This document shows positions 22,956-36,223 of a stretch of DNA of 64,000 bases, in pieces. Positions within the stretch are counted from its first letter, which is position 1; each line of letters begins with the position of its first letter. Source of the stretch: Octopus sinensis (taxonomy: Eukaryota); NCBI RefSeq assembly GCF_006345805.1, contig NC_042999.1, positions 21,762,001 to 21,826,000 of the forward strand. The letters run 5' to 3'. Below the pieces are notes generated by a model. It was given only the letters and a program-made list of their open reading frames with translations. It searched no databases and was not told the DNA's origin. A program made the position numbers and the translations under genes.

Positions 22956-25900
22956 GTCACGTTATGTAATTTTGTTCATTCGTTAAGGATTTGAGCAAAC
23001 CATCTACACAACGATCTCATTTGCATGCTACAGTTTCTGGACATATTAATTAGTATGGGAAGACCCACTTCGGTCACGTTATGTAAGTTTGTTCATTCGT
23101 TAAGGATTTGAGCAAAACATCTACACAACGATCTCATTTGCATGCTACAGTTTCTGGACATATTAATTAGTATGGGAAGACCCACTTCGGTCACGTTATG
23201 TAAGTTTGTTCATTCGTTAAGGATTTGAGCAAAACATCTACACAACGATCTCATTTGCATGCTACAGTTTCTGGACATATTAATTAGTATGGGAAGACCC
23301 ACTTCGGTCACGTTATGTAAGTTTGTTCATTCGTTAAGGATTTGAGCAAAACATCTACACAACGATCTCATTTGCATGCTACAGTTTCTGGACATATTAA
23401 TTAGTATGGGAAGACCCACTTCGGTCACGTTATGTAAGTTTGTTCATTCGTTAAGGATTTGAGCAAAACATCTACACAACGATCTCATTTGCATGCTACC
23501 GTTTCTGGACATATTAATTAGTATGGGAAGACCCACGTCGGTCACGTTATGTAATTTTGTTCATTCGTTAAGGATTTGAGCAAAACATCTACACAACGAT
23601 CTCATTTGCATGCTACAGTTTCTGGACATATTAATTAGTATGGGAAGACCCACTTCGGTCACGTTATGTAAGTTTGTTCATTCGTTAAGGATTTGAGCAA
23701 AACATCTACACAACGATCTCATCTGCATGCTACAGTTTCTGGACATATTAATTAGTATGGGAAGACCCACTTCGGTCACGTTATGTAAGTTTGTTCATTC
23801 GTTAAGGATTTGAGCAAAACATCTACAAAACGATCACATTTGCATGCTACAGTTTCTGGACATATTAATTAGTATGGGAAGACCCACTTCGGTCACGTTA
23901 TGTAAGTTTGTTCATTCGTTAAGGATGTGAGCAAAACATCTACACAACGATCTCATTTGCATGCTACAGTTTCTGGACATATTAATTAGTATGGGAAGAC
24001 CCACTTCGGTCACGTTATGTAATTTTGTTCATTCGTTAAGGATTTGAGCAAAACATCTACACAACGATCTCATTTGCATGCTACAGTTTCTGGACATATT
24101 AATTCGTATGGGAAGACCCACTTCGGTCACGTTATGTAAGTTTGTTCATTCATTAAGGATTTGAGCAAAACATCTACACAACGATCTCATTTGCATGCTA
24201 CAGTTTCTGGACATATTAATTAGTATGGGAAGACCCACTTCGGTCACGTTATGTAATTTTGTTCATTCGTTAAGGATTTGAGCAAAACATCTACAAAACG
24301 ATCTCATTTGCATGCTACAGTTTCTGGACATATTAATTAGTATGGGAAGACCCACTTCGGTCACGTTATGTAATTTTGTTCATTCGTTAAGGATTTGAGC
24401 AAAACATCTACACAACGATATCATTTGCATGCTACAGTTTCTGGACATATTAATTAGTATGGGAAGACCCACTTCGGTCACGTTATGTAATTTTGTTCAT
24501 TCGTTAAGGATTTGAACAAAATATCTACACAACGATCTCACTTGCATGCTACAGTTTCTAGACATATTAATTAGTATGGGAAGACCCACTTCGGTAACGT
24601 TATGTAAGTTTGTTCATTCGTTAAGGATTTGAGCAAAACATCTACACAACAATGACATGTGCATGCTACAGTTTCTGGACATATTAATTAGTATGGGAAG
24701 GACCACTTCGGTCACGTTATGTAAGTTTGTTCATTCGTTAAGGATTTGAGCAAAACATCTACACAACAATGACGTTTGCATGCTACAGTTTCTGGACATA
24801 TTAATTAGTATGGGAAGACGCACTTCGGTCACGTTATGCAAGTTTGTTCATTCGTTAAGGATTTGAGCAAAACATCTACACAACGATCTCATTTGCATGC
24901 TACAGTTTCTGGACATATTAATTAGTATGGGAAGACCCACTTCGGTCACGTTATGTAATTTTGTTCATTCGTTAAGGATTTGAGTAAAACATCTACACAA
25001 CGATCTCATTTGCATGCTACAGTTTCTGGACATATTAATTAGTATGGGAAGACCCACTTGTCGGTCACGTTATGTAAGTTTGTTCGTTCATTCGTTAAGG
25101 ATTGGAGCAAAACATCTTCACAACGATATCATTTGCATGCTACAGTTTCTGGACATATTAATTAGTATGGAAGACCCACTTCGTCACGTTATGTAATTTT
25201 GTTCATTCGTTAAGGATTTGAACAAAATATCTACACAACGATCTCACTTGCATGCGACAGTTTCTAGACATATTAATTAGTATGGGAAGACCCACTTCGG
25301 TACGTTATGTAAGTTTGTTCATTCGTTAAGGATTGGCAAACATCTACACACAATGACATTGCATGCTACAGTTTCTGGACATATTAATTAGTATGGGAAG
25401 GACCACTTCGGTCACGTTATGTAATTTGGTTCATTCGTTAAGGATTTGAACAAACACCTACAACAATGACGTTTGCATGCTAACAGTTTCTGGACAAATT
25501 AATTAGTATGGGAAGAGACGCACTTCGTCACGTTATGCAGTTTTGTTCTCGTTAAGGATTTGAGCAAAACATCTACACAACGATCTCTTTGCATGCTACA
25601 GTTTCTGGACATATTAATTAGTATGGGAAGACCCACTTCGGTCACTTTATGTAATTTTGTTCATTCGTTAAGGATTTGAGTAAAACATCTACACAACGAT
25701 CTCATTTGCATGCTACAGTTTCTGGACATATTAATTAGTATGGGAAGACCCACTTCGGTCACGTTATGTAAGTTTGTTCATTCGTTAAGATTTGAGCAAA
25801 ACATCATTCACAACGATATCATTTGCATGGCTACAGTTTCTGGACATATTAATTAGTATGGGAAGACACCACTTCGGTCACGTACGTAAGTTTGTTCATC

Positions 25901-28900
25901 ATTCGTTAAGGATTTGAGCAAAACATCTACACAACGATCACATTTGCATGCTACAGTTTCTGGACATATTAATTGTAGGGAAGACCCACTTCGGTCGCGT
26001 TATGTAAGTTTGTTCAGTTTTAAGGATTTCGAGCAAACATCTACACAACGATCTCATTTGCATGCTACATGTTCTGGACATATTAATTAGTATGGGAAGA
26101 CCCACTTCGGTCACGTTATGTAAGTTTGTTCATTCGTTAGGATTTGAGCAAAACATCTACACAACGATCACATTTGCATGCTACAGTTTCTGGACATATT
26201 AATTAGTATGGGAAGACCCACTTCGGTCATTTATGTAATTTGTTCATTCGTTAAGGATTTGAGCAAAACTTTACACAACGCTCACATTTGCATGCTACGT
26301 TTTCTGGACATATTAATTAGTATGGGAAGACCCACTTCGGTCACGTTATGTAATTTTGTTCATTCGTTAAGATTTGAGCAAAACATCTACACAACGATCT
26401 CATTGCATGCTACAGTTTCTGGACATATTAATTAGTATGGGAAGACCCACTTCGGTCACGTTATGTAATTTCGTTCATTCGTTAAGGATTTGAGCAAAAC
26501 ATCTACACAACGATCTCATTTGCATGCTACAGTTTCTGGACATATTAATTAGTATGGGAAGACCCACTTCGGTCACGTTACGTAATTTTGTTCATTCGTT
26601 AAGGATTTGAGCAAAACATCTACACAACGATCTCATTTGCATGCTACAGTTTCTGGACATATTAATTAGTATGGGAAGGACCACTTCGGTCACGTTATGT
26701 AAGTTTGTTCACTGGTTAAGGATTTGAGCAAAACATCTACACAACGATCACATTTGCATGCTACAGTTTCTGGACATATTAATTAGTATGGGAAGACCCA
26801 CTTCGGTCACGTTATGTAATTTTGTTCATTCGTTAAGGATTTGAGTAAAACATCTACACAACGATCTCATTTGCATGCTACAGTTTCTGGACATATTAAT
26901 TAGTATGGGAGACCCACTTCGGTCACGTTATGTAAGTTTGTTCATTCGTTAAGGATTTGAGCAAAACATCTTCACACGATATCATTGCATGCTACAGTTT
27001 CTGGACATATTAATTAGTATGGGAAGACCCACTTCGGTCACGTTACGTAAGTTGGTCATTCGTTAAGGATTTGAGCAAAACATCTACACAACGATCTCAT
27101 TTGCATGCTACAGTTTCTGGACATATTAATTAGTATGGGAAGACCCACTTCGGTCACGTTAGTAGTTTGTTTCTTCGTTAAGGATTTGAGCAAAACATCT
27201 ACACAACGATCTCATTTGCATGCTACAGTTTCTGGACATATTAATTAGTATGGGAAGACCCACTTCGGTCACGTTATGTAAGTTTGTTCATTCGTTAAGG
27301 ATTTGAGCAAAACATCTACACAACGATCACATTTGCATGCTACAGTTTCTGGACATATTAATTAGTATGGGAAGACCCACTTCGGTCACGTTATGTAATT
27401 TGGTTCATTCGTTAAGGATTTGAGCAAAACATCTACACAACGCTCACATTTGCATGCTACAGTTTCTGGACATATTAATTAGTATGGGAAGACCCACTTC
27501 GGTCACGTTATGTAATTTTGTTCATTCGTTAAGGATTTGAGCAAAACATCTACACAACGATCTCATTTGCATGCTACAGTTTCTGGACATATTAATTAGT
27601 ATGGGAAGACCCACTTCGGTCACGTTATGTAATTTTGTTCATTCGTTAAGGATTTGAGCAAAACATCTACACAACGATCTCATTTGCATGCTACAGTTTC
27701 TGGACATATTAATTAGTATGGGAAGACCCACTTCGGTCACGTTATGTAAGTTGTTTCACTGTTAAGGATTTGAGCAAAACATCTACACAACGATCACATT
27801 TGCATGCTACAGTTTCTGGACATATTAATTAGTAGGGGAAGACCCACTTCGGTCACGTTATGTAATTTTGTTCATTCGTTAAGATTTGAGCAAAACATCT
27901 ACACAACGATCTCATTTGCATGCTACAGTTTCTGGACATATTAATTAGTATGGGAAGACCCACTTCGGTCACGTTATGTAATTTGTTCATTCGTTAAGGA
28001 TTTGAGCAAAACATCTACACAACGATCACATGCATGCTACAGTTTCTGGACATATTAATTAGTATGGAAGACCCACTTCGGTCACGTTATGTAAGTTTGT
28101 TCATTCGTTAGGATTTGAGCAAAACATCTACACACGATCTCATTTGCATGCTACAGTTCTGGACATATTAGTTAGTATGGGAAGACCCACTTCGGTCACG
28201 TTATGTAAGTTTGTTCATTCGTTAAGGATTTGAGCAAAACATCTACACAACGATCTCATTGCATGCTACAGTTTCTGGACATATTAATTAGTATGGGAAG
28301 ACCCACTTCGGTCACGTTATGTAAGTTTGTTCATTCGTTAGGATTTGAGCAAAACTCTACACAACGATCTCATTTGCATGCTACAGTTTCTGGACATATT
28401 AATTAGTATGGGAAGACCCACTTCGGTCACTTATGTAAGTTTGTTCATTCGTTAAGGATTTGAGCAAAACATCTACACAACGATCTCTTTGCATGCTACA
28501 GTTTCTGGACATATTAATGTATGGGAGACCCACTTCGGTCACGTTATGTAATTTTGTTCATTCGTTAAGGATTTGCAAAACATCTACACAACGATCTCAT
28601 TTGCATGCTACAGTTTCTGGACATATTAATTAGTATGGGAAGACCCACTTCGGTCACGTTATGTAATTTGTTCATTCGTTAAGGATTTGAGCAAAACATC
28701 TACACACACGATCTCATTTGCATGCTACAGTTTCTGGACATATTAATTAGTATGGGAAGACCCACTTCGGTCACGTTATGTAAGTTTGTTCATTCGTTAA
28801 GGATTTGAGCAAAACATCTACACAACGATCACATTTGCATGCTACAGTTTCTGGACATATTAATTAGTATGGGAAGACCACTTCGGTCACGTTTTGTAAT

Positions 28901-30183
28901 TTTGTTCATTCGTTAAGGATTTGAGCAAAACATCTACACACGATCTCATTTGCATGCTATAGTTTCTGGACATATTAATTAGTATGGGAGACCCACTTCG
29001 GTCACGTATGTAATTTTGTTCATTTCTTAAGGATTTGAGCAAAACATCTACACAACGATCTCATTTGCATGTACAGTTTCTGGACATATTAATTAGTATG
29101 GGAGACCCACTTCGGTAACGTTATGTAAGTTTGTTCATATCGTTAAGGATTTGAGGAATTGAGCAAAACATCTACCAACGATCTCATTTGCATGCTACAG
29201 TTTCTGACATATTATTTAGTATGGAAAGACCACACTTCGTTCACGTTATGTAATTTTGTTCATTCGTTAAGGATTTGAGCAAAATAGCTCGAAACGATCT
29301 CATTTGCATGCTACAGTTTCTGGACAGATTAATTAGTGTAGGGGAAGACCCACTTCGGTCACGTTATGTAAGTTTGCTTCATTTCGTTAAGGATTTGAGC
29401 AAAACATCTACACAACGATCTCTCAAGCATGCTACAGTTACTGGACATATTAATTAGTATGGAAGACCCACTTCGGTCACGTTATGTATTTTTTTCAGTT
29501 CCGGAAGGATTTGACTAAACATCTACACAACGATCTCATTTGCTGCTACTACAGTTTCTGGACATATTATTAGTATGGGAAGACCCACTTCGGTCACGTT
29601 ATGTAAGTTTGTTCATTCGTTAAGGAGCAAAACATCTACACAACGATCTCATTGCATGCTACAGTTTCATGGACATATTAATTAGTATGGGAAAACCCAC
29701 TTCGGTCACGTTATGTAAGTTTGTTCATCTTAAGGGATTTGAGCAAAACATCTACACACGAACAACCATTTGCATGCTACAGTTTCTGGACATATTTTTA
29801 GTATGGGAAGACCACTTCGGTCACGTTATGTAATTTTGTTTATTCGTTAAGGATTTGAGCAAACACATCTACACACCGATCTCATTTGGTTTGCATGTAC
29901 ACAGCTCTGGACTTATATTAATTAGTGGGTGGAAGAGACCACTTCGGTAACGTTTAATGTGTTTTGTTCATTCGTTAAGTAGGAGCAAAACATCTACACA
30001 CACGACGATCTGCATGCTACGTTTTCTGGACACATTAATTAGTATGGGAAGACCCACTCGGTCACGTTATGTAAGTTTGTTCATTCGTTAAGGATTTGAG
30101 CAAAACATCTACACAACGATCTCATTTGCATGCTACAGTTTCTGCACATATTAATTAGTATGGGAAGACCCACTTCGGTCACG
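22956..30183. repeat. 117-bp tandem satellite array, about 62 units
   Basis: Unit: cacttcggtcacgttatgtaagtttgttcattcgttaaggatttgagcaaaacatctacacaacgatctcatttgcatgctacagtttctggacatattaattagtatgggaagacc. Copy number estimated as length divided by 117. Confidence 0.98.
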
Positions 30184-30409
30184 AATGACCATGGGATTGC
30201 ACCTAGAAAGTTGGCCTCCGTTCTTGACTATTTTGTAGAAAACGTTTAGAAGCCTGGTGTGTGAGTCGCATATTTCCTTGCGCGAACCTATACCATTCGT
30301 CCTTTTTTCAAAAACACATCTACCTGACGCTTCCGTGTTTTCAGCTAAGTTCACCAAGTTTCAATACATGCACACGTACACTCACGCACACATATATATG
30401 TATATGCTG

Positions 30410-30741
30410 AGACCTCCTTCGGTCATGACTGACCATGGGATTGCATCTAGAAAGTTACCCTCTCAGGGACAAGTCGGGGCAAGGTTGTTTATTGAAGACC
30501 AGCAGTCGCCCATGCATACCAGCCTCCACTTTCCACACCACTGATGTTATCCAAGGGAAAGGCAAAGGCCGATACAGCTTGGCACCAGTGATGTCGCAAC
30601 TCATTTCTATAGCTGAGATAACTGGGGCAACGTGAAATAAAGTGTCTTGTTCAAGAACACAGCACGCAGCGCGGTCCGGGATTCGAACTCACAACTTCAC
30701 GATTGTAAGCACGACGCTCCAACTACTGAGCCATACACCTT
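30410..30741 (-). mobile_element. tRNA-derived SINE family C
   Basis: Reverse complement of the 54436-54774 copy (tggctcagt...gagttcgaatcccggacc head). The head plus flank is tandemly duplicated at about 30840-30995. Confidence 0.88.
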
Positions 30742-31206
30742 CACATTAATTAGTATATTATAACATATATTTCATGTGTCTCTAAAAATATATGAAATGA
30801 AATGAAATGAAATCCCATATTCACTCTAAACACACAGCCCGGTCCGGGATTCGAACTCACAACCTCACGATTGTAAGCACGACGCTCCAACTACTGAGCC
30901 ATGCACCTTGACATTAATTAGTATATTATAACATATATTTCATGTGTCTCTAAAAAGTATATCAAATGAAATGAAATCCCATATTCACTTTAAACATTAT
31001 ACATCCATCGTCGTTTATCACAGACGCATAATTAAAGAAGAAAAATATTGCTTAGAATGTATCATAGATCATATGAGACAAATGCGTTTCGTTCCGAGAC
31101 GCCAAGTTATCCTGTACATTGTGGATGGTGGCTACAGCGTGCGTTTCCTGTCTAAGCAAAATCTTTGACTGATGACCGGTTAGTGGTATCACATTAATTC
31201 GTGATA

Positions 31207-31590
31207 GATGGAAGCACTCCGTCGGTTACGACGACGAGGGTTCCGGTTGATCCGAATCAACGGAGCAGCCTGCTCGTGAAATTAACGTGTAAGTGGCTGA
31301 GCACTCCACAGACACGTGCACCCTTAACGTAGTTCTCGGGGATATTCAGCGTGACACAGAGAGTGACAAGGCCGGTCCTTTGAAATACAGGTACAACAGA
31401 AACAGGAAGTAAGAGTGAGAGAAAGTTGTGGTGAAAGGGTACAGCAGGGATCACCACCATCCCTGCCGGAGCCTCGTGGAGCTTTAGGTGTTTTCGCTCA
31501 ATAAACACTCACAACGCCCGGTCTGGGAATCGAAACCGCGATCCTAAGACCGCGAGTCCGCTGCCCTAACCACTGGGCCATTGCGCCTCC
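31207..31590 (-). mobile_element. tRNA-derived SINE family D
   Basis: Minus-strand head ggaggcgcaatggcccagtggttagggcagcggactcgcgg...ggtttcgattcccagacc with A and B boxes, followed by a body of about 300 nt that is not tRNA-like. Confidence 0.8.
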
Positions 31591-31775
31591 AAATTCGTGA
31601 TAAGCATAACTGGATTAGTTATGAACGGATCGGCGATAAAAACAAAATTATTTTAAATTATAAAACGTTAGATTAAATACTGTTTGCTGGAGACATAAAA
31701 CATAGTACGGCATATTTTGTAGAATTGAAACCATAAAGTATTATATTTATGTCGCTTTATGATTCCAAAATTCAA

Positions 31776-31935
31776 TGTGAGGTAAATAGCTTGCTTACGG
31801 ATCACATGGTTCCGGCTTCAGTGCCACTGCGTGGAACCTGGGGCAAGTGTCTTCTATTATAGCCTCGGGCCGACCAAAGCCTTGTGAGTGGATTTGGTAT
31901 ATGGAAACTGAAAGAAGCCCGTCGTATATATGTAG

Positions 31936-31992
<57 letters not shown>

Positions 31993-32207
31993 CGTGTGTG
32001 TGTGTATGTTTGTGTGTCTGTGCTTGTCCCTCCAACATCACTTGACAACCGATGCTGATATGTAACTTAGTGGTTCGGCAAAAGATACCGATAAAATAAG
32101 TACTAGGCTTCCAAAGAATAAGTCCTGGGGTCGATTTGCTCGACTAAAGGCGGTGCTCCAGCATGGCCGCAATCAAATGACTGAAACAAGTAAAAGAGTA
32201 AAAGAGT
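31776..32207 (+). mobile_element. tRNA-derived SINE family A (head slightly truncated)
   Basis: Matches the 22422 copy. Confidence 0.87.
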
Positions 32208-33222
32208 GAAGTGAGTATACTCTTTTATGAACCAACCTTAAAAGGCATATATCCTTATAAATCTTCCTTGAACAGGTCTGTGTAGATTTTTGCTTTAGAT
32301 TTTGCACCCCAAGGAGATATTTTGCTTTGTTATATTTTTCTTTTTATATTCAAAAGGTCTTACAGGGATTAAAATCTCTCATCATCGGCCGAATGATGGA
32401 CAATATGAAAGAAATCCCTCTACTAAATTATTTATTTTAAAGAAAAATATATGCTGACGGAGCTGTTAGCGTCATATTCAAATACCAGCGTGTGAAATGC
32501 CAAATGCTTATCAACTATTTTTGTATGGTGTATTAACTTCAGGCTATTTTGTTTTTCTTCGAAATCTCTTAAATGAAATATGGTCGGATGAATGGAAAGC
32601 GAAGGAAACAACAACAGTCTGAGTTCTCCCTAACAGTAGTGAAGCTATATCTCGAAATTGAGAACATAATCTTTTTAAATCATTGATGATAAAAAGCTTT
32701 ATATTACCAAAATTAAAACTAAAGCATGCTGTAAAATAAAAAATATACTTTCATTTTTTTTTAACGCCATGAATTTTCTACCGCTTGGTGGCCCATTTAA
32801 ATTGCTTACATAATACGATATTCTAAATTCAAGCTATAAATTAATGATTGTTGCTGTACATGATATAATTATAAAAGGTTAACGGGTTCATTGATCAAAC
32901 GATAATTTACATAAAGTCTGAGCAGTGTGGTTAATATGAATAATACTGATAATATAGATGTGTTAAATTCAACTCATAATATGACAGATTAATTTTACGT
33001 AGATTATAGTGTATCAGCTTTTGACACGGCCGTTCCTGCTAAAACTGTTAAAATTTGTTGATTTTGTTTTGTATTTGTTAATAATTAACCTGCTGATAAC
33101 TCTTTCAAAATTCTAAATCGCTCGATTTTTCAAACACCCACCCACACACACACACACATACAAGCACACAAATACGCACACACAAACACACACGCACAAG
33201 CACATACACACACGTCTCTCTT

Positions 33223-33263
<41 letters not shown>

Positions 33264-33282
33264 ATATATATATATATATATA

Positions 33283-33345
<63 letters not shown>

Positions 33346-33773
33346 GTATATATGTATATATTGGAACACCGAATCTCGGAGTAGATAAGTTAAAATAATT
33401 GCGTTTAAATATTGGGTTAAAAAAATCGTCTCTTGTAAATATTACTGACATTCTACTACTGCACCAAAGCAATGTTTCGATTATATCTATTTCTCCTCCT
33501 TTCTCTGTATATATACAATAATATAAATAATATATAAATATATGCATATATACACACATATATGTACATACCTACATATATATGTATATATACATGTATA
33601 TATGGGTATAGGACATCAAAAACACGTTGAACACAAAGAGAAACGAAAATAAGAACAAAAACATAGAAACGAACTATTTCTTTTTAAACAAAGAAAAAAA
33701 ACAGAGAAACAGGACTACAACATAAAGAATATTCCCCTTCTTCATTTGCCCCTGTTTTATCTACTCTGCGTTT

Positions 33774-33884
<111 letters not shown>

Positions 33885-34009
33885 GTATATATATATGTGT
33901 ATATATATATATATGTATAGAATAACTTAGAATAACTTAGAAAGGTTTTGGCCAGTATTGGCCCAGGCCACGTCTAACTTAATAGCACCACCTGGTGAAG
34001 TCTTTCAGT

Positions 34010-36223
34010 TCAGAATTTGGGCACCAAGGCCCATTCGAGCAGAGAGTTATTGTTTGCGGAGACATATCCGGGTGTGGGTGGTTTGTCCGGTACTGTTTGA
34101 AGGAATTTGTCCAAAGACTTCTTGAATTTTGTGTGGTCAGTTTCTTTTTTGACGTGCCCTGGTGTAATGTTGAAGAGAGCAGGTCCAATTGAGGTGAAAT
34201 AGTTGTGCCGTATTGTCGTTATGTGATGCGATTTAGATTTTTGTTGTGGACGGATGGCACGTGGTCCAAGCCTTGGATGCATTTTGAAGGTGATGCCAAC
34301 ATCATTCGGACAGTGCTGGTGGAATATTTTCCACATCATACAGATAATGTAGCGTTCACGGCGTCGTTGGAGTGAATACAATTTCAGCTTTTCTAGTCTA
34401 CCCCAGTAGTCAAGGTCTGACATGCCATCTATCTTTTTTGTGATTGACCTTTGGGGAGCTTCAATTCTCATAATATTTTGTTTTGTGTAGGGAGACCACA
34501 GTGGACAGCAGTATTCAAGGTGGGGTCGGGCAAAAGTGGAGAAGAGAAGGATAATAGCGTGGGAATCTCTCGACTGGAAGGTTCTGAGAATCCAGGAACA
34601 CATTCTGCGGGCCATGTCAACTTTGCTGCTTATATGTGTAGCCCAGCTTATGTTGTTGTCCACTGTTACTCCCAGGTCTCTGATGTTGTTGGATGCCATG
34701 AGAATTTCTCCAGAAGGAAGAGAGTATGGGAGTTTCAGAGCGTCCTCCCTTCCAAAGTGGATCAGTTCAAATTTGTCTTCATTTAGCAACATGTTATTCT
34801 TTTCCGCCCATTGGACAACAGCCAGTAGGTCTGACTGAAGGCTTATTCGGTCATCCACGCCATTGATGACCTTCTGGAGCTTGGAGTCATCAGCGAAGGT
34901 TCTGATGTTACTGTTTTTGATGGTATCATTTATGTAGATGATGAAGAGAAGTGGGCCCAACACAGTGCCTTGTGGGACACCACTGCTGACTTTGGCTGGG
35001 CTGGATTTGACTCCTTCGACTACAACATGTTGGGTTCTGTTAGACAGGAAGCACTTGATCCACTGCAGCAGCTTTCCAGTGACACCAATATTGGACAGCT
35101 TTCTCAGAAGGATCTTATGATCAACCCTGTCAAAGGCCTTGCTGAAATCAAGGTAGATGACATCAGTGTTGGAACCTTCTCCCAAGGCTCTCAAAATGTC
35201 ATCAAAATGATGCAGTAGCTGCGTCAGGCAATCTCTCCCATTACGGAATCCATGCTGGTTGGGGTTCAGCATATTATGACTCTCAAGGAAGTGAGTCATA
35301 CGCGATCTCAGCACCCTCTCAAATACCTTGATGATATGAGAGGTGAGTGAGATTGGACGGTAATTCACGGCAAGCGATTTGTTTCCTTTTTTGAAAATTG
35401 GGACAACAGACTGGGATAGAAGGTCCTCTGGTATATATCCTGCATCCAGTGAGTTCCGCCATAGATTGGCTAGAGGGGGTGCAAGTTGGTTTTGACACAT
35501 CTTCAAGACACAAGCAGGGAACCTATCGGGACCTACTGCTGAATTATGCTTCATTTCCTTTATTGCTGCTAAGACATCAGGAGCGCCAAATGTTATGTCC
35601 GATAAAGTGTATTGGGGAGTAACATCACTGATACAGCCCAGATCAGTCATATCAGGATTGCTGAAAACAGAGCAATATTGTTTCTGCAATATCTCTCCCA
35701 TGGTTTTGGCATTGTCTTGAAGAGTACCATTTTCATCAATCAGAGGGCCAACAGTAGAACCAGTGACTCTGTGTTTTTTTGCAAATGAAAAGAACACTTT
35801 GGGATTGAGTTTGATCTTCTCAATGGCCCAGGCCTCTTCAGCTCTTCGCTGACTATTGATGATAGACATCATGTTGTTTTGGAGTTTATGTTTTTTAATC
35901 TCTAGCGACGAGATGGCAGTCAGGTTGGTGTGTTGCTGTTGACAGTATTTCAGCATGTTGATCTTTTTGTTGATTCTTTTAATTTTCCTTATGAGAGATC
36001 TTCTATTTCTAGGGATTCGACACTTAGATTTGTTTGCAGATCTTAATGGGGTGTGTCTTGCACATATGTTCATGATGGTGTCTACAAGTGACTGCCAGGA
36101 CTTTTTAATGTTAGTGGGTGTGTATATGTGCGTGAAGGACCAATCGACTTGTGCAAGATCATTATTGATCGCTTCCCAGTTTCCCATCCATAGTGTCAAA
36201 TGGATGAACAGGAGGGATGACAT
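34010..36223 (-). CDS. LINE ORF2 reverse transcriptase portion (frameshifted from the endonuclease portion)
   Basis: PIFKKGNK...NYRPISLTS, QHGFR, YLDFSKAFDRVDH, SGVPQGTVLGPLLFIIYIND, FADDSKL, RPHLEYC...WSP. The true start lies in the upstream APE frame. Confidence 0.95.
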   Translation of the reverse strand: MSSLLFIHLTLWMGNWEAINNDLAQVDWSFTHIYTPTNIKKSWQSLVDTIMNICARHTPLRSANKSKCRIPRNRRSLIRKIKRINKKINMLKYCQQQHTNLTAISSLEIKKHKLQNNMMSIINSQRRAEEAWAIEKIKLNPKVFFSFAKKHRVTGSTVGPLIDENGTLQDNAKTMGEILQKQYCSVFSNPDMTDLGCISDVTPQYTLSDITFGAPDVLAAIKEMKHNSAVGPDRFPACVLKMCQNQLAPPLANLWRNSLDAGYIPEDLLSQSVVPIFKKGNKSLAVNYRPISLTSHIIKVFERVLRSRMTHFLESHNMLNPNQHGFRNGRDCLTQLLHHFDDILRALGEGSNTDVIYLDFSKAFDRVDHKILLRKLSNIGVTGKLLQWIKCFLSNRTQHVVVEGVKSSPAKVSSGVPQGTVLGPLLFIIYINDTIKNSNIRTFADDSKLQKVINGVDDRISLQSDLLAVVQWAEKNNMLLNEDKFELIHFGREDALKLPYSLPSGEILMASNNIRDLGVTVDNNISWATHISSKVDMARRMCSWILRTFQSRDSHAIILLFSTFARPHLEYCCPLWSPYTKQNIMRIEAPQRSITKKIDGMSDLDYWGRLEKLKLYSLQRRRERYIICMMWKIFHQHCPNDVGITFKMHPRLGPRAIRPQQKSKSHHITTIRHNYFTSIGPALFNITPGHVKKETDHTKFKKSLDKFLQTVPDKPPTPGYVSANNNSLLEWALVPKF

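Noticed and set aside
25014-29457. Short ORFs MLQFLDILISMGRPT... in the satellite
   Set aside because: They are open only where indels shift the frame of the repeat; most units contain stops.
22956-30183. Regular repeat array resembling a CRISPR locus
   Set aside because: Units are contiguous with no unique spacers, there are no cas genes, and the context is eukaryotic. It is a satellite.
30835-30912. tRNA-like sequences (also 31520-31590 and 54436-54510)
   Set aside because: They have A/B boxes but no complete acceptor stem and are attached to SINE bodies, so they are SINE heads and not tRNA genes.
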